Shown here: positions 55,951-64,000 of the stretch, piece after piece
How the letters are laid out: every line of letters begins with the position of its first letter
How positions within the stretch are numbered: the first letter of the stretch is position 1
NCBI GenBank assembly: GCA_964057225.1
Contig: OZ059896.1
Span: 23,064,001 to 23,128,000, forward strand
DNA length: 64,000 nucleotides
Reading direction: 5' to 3'
From: Auanema rhodensis
Taxonomy: Eukaryota > Animalia > Nematoda
Made by a program: the position numbers and the translations under genes
Notes under the pieces: generated by a model
Seen by the model: only the letters and a program-made list of their open reading frames with translations
Told to the model about the DNA's origin: nothing
The model's database searches: none

Positions 55951-58900
55951 TCACGTGAAAGATAAAGAGATGCGGTTTTCAAAATTAGATTCCCCATGTC
56001 CATATTAGTCTAAAAACAAATTTTTATTAATATTGGTTCATGGTAACCATGACTTTGAAATTTACGTGAACTTTAATTTATGCTAATTAAATGTACACGT
56101 GATGTGCACTTGGTATGTAACTCGCTTCACGTGAAAGATAAAGAGATGCGGTTTTCAAAATTAGATTCCCCATGTCCATATTAGTCTAAAAACAAATTTT
56201 TATTGATATTGGTTCATGGTAACCATGACTTTGAAATTTACGTGAACTTTAATTTATGCTAATTAAATGTACACGTGATGTGCACTTGGTATGTAACTCG
56301 CTTCACGTGAAAGATAAAGAGATGCGGTTTTCAAAATTAGATTCCCCATGTCCATATTAGTCTAAAAACAAATTTTTATTAATATTGGTTCATGGTAACC
56401 ATGTCTTTGAAATTTACGTGAACTTTAATTTATGCTAATTAAATGTACACGTGATGTGCACTTGGTATGTAACTCGCTTCACGTGAAAGATAAAGAGATG
56501 CGGTTTTCAAAATTGGATTCCCCATGTCCATATTAGTCTAAAAACAAATTTTTATTAATATTGGTTCATGGTAACCATGTCTTTGAAATTTACGTGAACT
56601 TTAATTTATGCTAATTAAATGTACACGTGATGTGCACTTGGTATGTAACTCGCTTCACGTGAAAGATAAAGAGATGCGGTTTTCAAAATTAGATTCCCCA
56701 TGTCCATATTAGTCTAAAAAAAATTTTTATTAATATTGGTTCATGGTAACCATGTCTTTGAAATTTACGTGAACTTTAATTTATGCTAATTAAATGTACA
56801 CGTGATGTGCACTTGGTATGTAACTCGCTTCACGTGAAAGATAAAGAGATGCGGTTTTCAAAATTAGATTCCCCATGTCCATATTAGTCTAAAAACAAAT
56901 TTTTATTAATATTGGTTCATGGTAACCATGTCTTTGAAATTTACGTGAACTTTAATTTATGCTAATTAAATGTACACGTGATGTGCACTTGGTATGTAAC
57001 TCGCTTCACGTGAAAGATAAAGAGATGCGGTTTTCAAAATTAGATTCCCCATGTCCATATTAGTCTAAAAACAAATTTTTATTGATATTGATTCATGGTA
57101 ACCATGACTTTGAAATTTACGTGAACTTTAATTTATGCTAATTAAATGTACACGTGATGTGCACTTGGTATGTAACTCGCTTCACGTGAAAGATAAAGAG
57201 ATGCGGTTTTGAAAATTAGATTCCCCATGTCCATATTAGTCTAAAAACAAATTTTTATTAATATTGGTTCATGGTAACCATGTCTTTGAAATTTACGTGA
57301 ACTTTAATTTATGCTAATTAAATGTACACGTGATGTGCACTTGGTATGTAACTCGCTTCATGTAAAAGATAAAGAGATGCGGTCTTCAAAATTAGATTCC
57401 CCATGTCCATATTAGTCTAAAAACAAATTATTATTGATATTGGTTCATGGTAACCATGATTTTGAAATTTACGTGAACTTTAATTTATGCTAATTAAATG
57501 TACACGTGATGTGCACTTGGTATGTAACTCGCTTCACGTGAAAGATAAAGAAATGCGGTTTTCAAAATTAGATTCCCCATGTCCATTTTAGTCTAAAAAC
57601 AAATTTTTATTGATATTGGTTCATGGTAACCATGACTTTGAAATTTACGTGAACTTTAATTTATGCTAATTAAATGTACACGTGATGTGCACTTGGTATG
57701 TAACTCGCTTCACGTGAAAGATAAAGAGATGCGGTTTTCAAAATTAGATTCCCCATGTCCATATTAGTCTAAAAACAAATTTTTATTAATATTGGTTCAT
57801 GGTAACCATGTCTTTGAAATTTACGTGAACTTTAATTTATGCTAATTAAATGTACACGTGATGTGCACTTGGTATGTAACTCGCTTCACGTGAAAGATAA
57901 AGAGATGCGGTTTTCAAAATTAGATTCCCCATGTCCATATTAGTCTAAAAACAAATTTTTATTGATATTGGTTCATGGTAACCATGACTTTGAAATTTAC
58001 GTGAACTTTAATTTATGCTAATTAAATGTACACGTGATGTGCACTTGGTATGTAACTCGCTTCACGTGAAAGATAAAGAGATGCGGTTTTCAAAATTAGA
58101 TTCCCCATGTCCATATTAGTCTAAAAACAAATTTTTATTAATATTGGTTCATGATAACCATGTCTTTGAAATTTACGTGAACTTTAATTTATGCTAATTA
58201 AATGTACACGTGATGTGCACTTGGTATGTAACTCGCTTCACGTGAAAGATAAAGAGATGCGGTTTTCAAAATTAGATTCCCCATGTCCATATTAGTCTAA
58301 AAACAAATTTTTATTAATATTGGTTCATGGTAACCATGTCTTTGAAATTTACGTGAACTTTAATTTATGCTAATTAAATGTACACGTGATGTGCACTTGG
58401 TATGTAACTCGCTTCACGTGAAAGATAAAGAGATGCGGTTTTCAAAATTAGATTCCCCATGTCCATATTAGTCTAAAAACAAATTTTTATTGATATTGGT
58501 TCATGGTAACCATGACTTTGAAATTTACGTGAACTTTAATTTATGCTAATTAAATGTACACGTGATGTGCACTTGGTATGTAACTCGCTTCACGTGAAAG
58601 ATAAAGAGATGCGGTTTTCAAAATTAGATTTCTCATGTCCATATTAGTCTAAAAACAAATTTTTATTGATATTGGTTCATGGTAACCATGACTTTGAAAT
58701 TTACGTGAACTTTAATTTATGCTAATTAAATGTACACGTGATGTGCACTTGGTATGTAACTCGCTTCACGTGAAAGATAAAGAGATGCGGTTTTCAAAAT
58801 TAGATTCCCCATTTCCATATTAGTCTAAAAACGAATTTTTATCGATATTGGTTCATGGTAACCATGATTTTGAAATTTACGTGAACTTTAATTTATGCTA

Positions 58901-59477
58901 ATTAAATGTACACGTGATGTGCACTTGGTATGTAACTCGCTTCACGTGAAAGATAAAGAGATGCGGTTTTCAAAATTAGATTCCCCATGTCCATATTAGT
59001 CTAAAAACAAATTTTTATTAATATTGGTTCATGGTAACCATGTCTTTGAAATTTACGTGAACTTTAATTTATTCTAATTAAATGTACACGTGATGTGCAC
59101 TTGGTATGTAACTCGCTTCACGTGAAAGATAAAGAGATGCGGTTTTCAAAATTAGATTCCCCATGTCCATATTAGTCTAAAAACAAATTTTTATTAATAT
59201 TGGTTCATGGTAACCATGTCTTTGAAATTTACGTGAACTTTAATTTATGCTAATTAAATGTACACGTTATGTGCACTTGGTATGTTACTCGCTTCACGTG
59301 AAAGATAAAGAGATGCGGTTTTCAAAATTAGATTCCCCATGTCCATATTAGTCTAAAAACAAATTTTTATTAATATTGGTTCATGGTAACCATGTCTTTG
59401 AAATTTACGTGAACTTTAATTTATGCTAATTAAATGTACACGTGATGTGCACTTGGTATGTAACTCGCTTCACGTGA

Positions 59478-60531
59478 AAGATAAAGAGATGCGGTTTGAA
59501 AATTAGATTCCCCATGTCCATATTAGTCTAAAAACAAATTTTTATTGATATTGGTTCATGGTAACCATGACTTTGAAATTTACGTGAACTTTAATTTATG
59601 CTAATTAAATGTACACGTGATGTGCACTTGGTATGTAACTCGCTTCACGTGAAAGATAAAGAGATGCGGTTTTCAAAATTAGATTTCCCATGTCCATATT
59701 AGTCTAAAAACAAATTTTTATTGATATTGATTCATGGTAACCATGACTTTGAAATTTACGTGAACTTTAATTTATGCTAATTAAATGTACACGTGATGTG
59801 CACTTGGTATGTAACTCGCTTCACGTGAAAGATAAAGAGATGCGGTTTTCAAAATTAGATTCCCCATTTCCATATTAGTCTAAAAACGAATTTTTATCGA
59901 TATTGGTTCATGGTAACCATGATTTTGAAATTTACGTGAACTTTAATTTATGCTAATTAAATGTACACGTGATGTGCACTTGGTATGTAACTCGCTTCAC
60001 GTGAAAGATAAAGAGATGCGGTTTGAAAATTAGATTCCCCATGTCCATATTAGTCTAAAAACAAATTTTTATTGATATTGGTTCATGGTAACCATGACTT
60101 TGAAATTTACGTGAACTTTAATTTATGCTAATTAAATGTACACGTGATGTGCACTTGGTATGTAACTCGCTTCACGTGAAAGATAAAGAGATGCGGTTTT
60201 CAAAATTAGATTTCCCATGTCCATATTAGTCTAAAAACAAATTTTTATTGATATTGATTCATGGTAACCATGACTTTGAAATTTACGTGAACTTTAATTT
60301 ATGCTAATTAAATGTACACGTGATGTGCACTTGGTATGTAACTCGCTTCACGTGAAAGATAAAGAGATGCGGTTTTCAAAATTAGATTCCCCATTTCCAT
60401 ATTAGTCTAAAAACGAATTTTTATCGATATTGGTTCATGGTAACCATGATTTTGAAATTTACGTGAACTTTAATTTATGCTAATTAAATGTACACGTGAT
60501 GTGCACTTGGTATGTAACTCGCTTCACGTGA
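59478..60531 (+). repeat. 3-mer (527-bp) tandem duplication
   Basis: GGTTTGAAA deletion monomer, then GATTTCCC+ATTGATTC monomer, then AACGAAT+ATCGAT monomer, repeated twice. Confidence 0.9.
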
Positions 60532-63500
60532 AAGATAAAGAGATGCGGTTTTCAAAATTAGATTCCCCATGTCCATATTAGTCTAAAAACAAATTTTTAT
60601 TAATATTGGTTCATGGTAACCATGTCTTTGAAATTTACGTGAACTTTAATTTATTCTAATTAAATGTACACGTGATGTGCACTTGGTATGTAACTCGCTT
60701 CACGTGAAAGATAAAGAGATGCGGTTTTCAAAATTAGATTTCCCATGTCCATATTAGTCTAAAAACAAATTTTTATTGATATTGGTTCATGGTAACCATG
60801 ACTTTGAAATTTACGTGAACTTTAATTTATGCTAATTAAATGTACACGTGATGTGCACTTGGTATGTAACTCGCTTCACGTGAAAGATAAAGAGATGCGG
60901 TTTTCAAAATTAAATTCCCCATGTCCATATTAGTCTAAAAACAAATTTTTATTGATATTGGTTCATGGTAACCATGACTTTGAAATTTACGTGAACTTTA
61001 ATTTATGCTAATTAAATGTACACGTGATGTGCACTTGGTATGTAACTCGCTTCACGTGAAAGATAAAGAGATGCGGTTTTCAAAATTAGATTCCTCATGT
61101 CCATATTAGTCTAAAAACAAATTTTTATTGATATTGGTTCATGGTAACCATGACTTTGAAATTTACGTGAACTTTAATTTATGCTAATTAAATGTACACG
61201 TGATGTGCACTTGGTATGTAACTCGCTTCACGTGAAAGATAAAGAGATGCGGTTTTCAAAATTAGATTCCCCATGTCCATATTAGTCTAAAAACAAATTT
61301 TTATTGATATTGGTTCATGGTAACCATGTCTTTGAAATTTACGTGAACTTTAATTTATGCTAATTAAATGTACACGTGATGTGCACTTGGTATGTAACTC
61401 GCTTCACGTGAAAGATAAAGCGGTGCGGTTTTCAAAATTAGATTCCCCATGTCCATATTAGTCTAAAAACAAATTTTTATTAATATTGGTTCATGGTAAC
61501 CATGTCTTTGAAATTTACGTGAACTTTAATTTATGCTAATTAAATGTACACGTGATGTGCACTTGGTACGTAACTCGCTTCACGTGAAAGATAAAGAGAT
61601 GCGGTTTTCAAAATTAGATTCCCCATGTCCATATTAGTCTAAAAACAAATTTTTATTAATATTGGTTCATGGTAACCATGTCTTTGAAATTTACGTGAAC
61701 TTTAATTTATGCTAATTAAATGTACACGTGATGTGCACTTGGTATGTAACTCGCTTCACGTGAAAGATAAAGAGATGCGGTTTTCAAAATTAGATTCCCC
61801 ATGTCCATATTAGTCTAAAAACAAATTTTTATTAATATTGGTTCATGGTAACCATGTCTTTGAAATTTACGTGAACTTTAATTTATGCTAATTAAATGTA
61901 CACGTGATGTGCACTTGGTATGTAACTCGCTTCACGTGAGAGATAAAGAGATGCGGTTTTCAAAATCAGATTCCCCATGTCCATATTAGTCTAAAAACAA
62001 ATTTTTATTGATATTGGTGCATGGTAACCATGACTTTGAAATTTACGTGAACTTTAATTTATGCTTATTAAATGTACACGTGATGTGCACTTGGTATGTA
62101 ACTCGCTTCACGTGAAAGATAAAGAGATGCGGTTTTCAAAATTAGATTCCCCATGTCCATATTAGTCTAAAAACAAATTTTTATTGATATTGGTGCATGG
62201 TAACCATGACTTTGAAATTTACGTGAACTTTAATTTATGCTAATTAAATGTACACGTGATGTGCACTTGGTATGTAACTCGCTTCACGTGAAAGATAAAG
62301 AGATGCGGTTTTCAAAATTAGATTCCCCATGTCCATATTAGTCTAAAAACAAATTTTTATTGATATTGGTTCATGGTAACCATGACTTTGAAATTTACGT
62401 GAACTTTAATTTATGCTAATTAAATGTATACGTGATGTGCACTTGGTATGTAACTCGCTTCACGTGAAAGATAAAGAGATGCGGTTTTCAAAATTAGATT
62501 CCCCATGTCCATATTAGTCTAAAAACAAATTTTTATTGATATTGGTGCATGGTAACCATGACTTTGAAATTTACGTGAACTTTAATTTATGCTAATTAAA
62601 TGTACACGTGATATGCACTTGGTATGTAACTCGCTTCACGTGAAAGATAAAGAGATGCGGTTTTCAAAATTAGATTCCCCATGTCCATATTAGTCTAAAA
62701 ACAAATTTTTATTGATATTGGTTCATGGTAACCATGACTTTGAAATTTACGTGAACTTTAATTTATGCTAATTAATTGTACACGTGATGTGCACTTGGTA
62801 TGTAACTCTCTTCACGTGAAAGATAAAGAGATGCGGTTTTCAAAATAAGATTCCCCATGTCCATATTAGTCTACAAACAAATTTTTATTGATATTGGTTC
62901 ATGGTAACCATGACTTTGAAATTTACGTGAACTTTGATTTATGCTAATTAAATGTAGACGTGATGTGCACTTGGTATGTAACTCGCTTCACGTGAAAGAT
63001 AAAGAGATGCGGTTTTCAAAATTAGATTCCCCATGTCCATATTAGTCTAAAAACAAATTTTTATTGATATTGGTGCATGGTAACCATGACTTTGAAATTT
63101 ACGTGAACTTTAATTTATGCTAATTAAATGTACACGTGATGTGCACTTGGTATGTAACTCGCTTCACGTGAAAGATAAAGAGATGCGGTTTTCAAAATTT
63201 GATTCCCCATGTCCATATTAGTCTAAAAACAAATTTTTATTGATATTGGTTCATGGTAACCATGACTTTGAAATTTACGTGAACTTTAATTTATGCTAAT
63301 TAATTGTACACGTGATGTGCACTTGGTATGTAACTCGCTTCACGTGAAAGATAAAGAGATGCGGTTTTCAAAATTAGATTCATCATGTCCATATTAGTCT
63401 AAAAACAAATTTTTATTGATATTGGTGCATGGTAACCATGACTTTGAAATTTACGTGAACTTTAATTTATGCTTATTAAATGTACACGTGATGTGCACTT

Positions 63501-64000
63501 GGTATGTAACTCGCTTCACGTGAAAGATAAAGAGATGCGGTTTTCAAAATTAGATTCCCCATGTCCATATTAGTCTGAAAACAAATTTTTATTGATATTG
63601 GTTCATGGTAACCATGACTTTGAAATTTACGTGAACTTTAATTTATGCTAATTAAATGTATACGTGATGTGCACTTGGTATGTAACTCGCTTCACGTGAA
63701 AGATAAAGAGATGCGGTTTTCAAAATTAGATTCCCCATGTCCATATTAGTCTAAAAACAAATTTTTATTGATATTGGTGCATGGTAACCATGACTTTGAA
63801 ATTTACGTGAACTTTAATTTATGCTAATTAAATGTACACGTGATGTGCACTTGGTATGTAACTCGCTTCACGTGAAAGATAAAGTGATGCGGTTTTCAAA
63901 ATTAGATTCCCCATGTCCATATTAGTCTAAAAACAAATTTTTATTGATATTGGTGCATGGTAACCATGACTTTGAAATTTACGTGAACTTTAATTTATGC

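Larger units (their letters stand above)
1..64000. repeat. 176-bp tandem satellite DNA array (363 full monomers + 125-bp partial), probably centromeric/pericentromeric
   Basis: AAGATAAAGA recurs at 1, 177, ... 2641, 5281 (2640 = 15 x 176). The phase drifts by only 13 bp across the window, matching 13 visible 1-bp deletions. Most monomers differ from consensus at only a few positions. No inversion or foreign insertion was seen. The repeat call is direct; the centromeric role is inferred. Confidence 0.99.

Noticed and set aside
1-64000. Protein-coding ORFs
   Set aside because: The consensus monomer has stops in all three + frames (TAA 5-7, TAG 28-30, TAG 48-50) and all three - frames (TTA 27-29, TTA 47-49, CTA 52-54).
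1-64000. CRISPR or other repeat-spacer array built on the palindromes
   Set aside because: The sequence between palindromes is as invariant as the palindromes; there are no unique spacers, leader or cas genes.
1-64000. Embedded transposon, inversion or telomeric repeat
   Set aside because: The monomer phase is continuous end to end apart from 13 single-base deletions, leaving no room for an insertion.
1-64000. Rolling-circle/concatemer or synthetic artefact
   Set aside because: Variants are hierarchically shared among nested duplications with private differences, as expected of an evolved genomic array.

Overview
The whole 64-kb window is one uninterrupted head-to-tail satellite DNA array with a 176-bp, AT-rich monomer (~32% GC by hand count of the consensus). 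It holds 363 complete monomers plus a 125-bp partial copy, all in one orientation. Consensus, phased at window position 1: AAGATAAAGAGATGCGGTTTTCAAAATTAGATTCCCCATGTCCATATTAGTCTAAAAACAAATTTTTATT[G/A]ATATTGGTTCATGGTAACCATG[A/T]CTTTGAAATTTACGTGAACTTTAATTTATGCTAATTAAATGTACACGTGATGTGCACTTGGTATGTAACTCGCTTCACGTGA. There are no genes, RNA genes, transposons or CRISPR spacers. Unit length, homogeneity and AT content fit a eukaryotic centromeric/pericentromeric satellite, but that is inference and I do not recognise the family or species with confidence. The interest is internal. (1) The monomer is almost tiled by short dyad symmetries and carries two CACGTG E-boxes. (2) Two linked haplotypes, G71/A94 and A71/T94, dominate. 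(3) Several variants restore or create palindromes or homogenise an internal 11-bp repeat. (4) Diagnostic variants reveal nested higher-order duplications (2- to 23-mers) inside a large duplication whose copies expanded independently. (5) An ectopic trimer patch at ~37.5-38.6 kb shares an allele with the more diverged domain at the right end. Variant names use monomer coordinates. All alignments were done by eye, so duplication boundaries are approximate.
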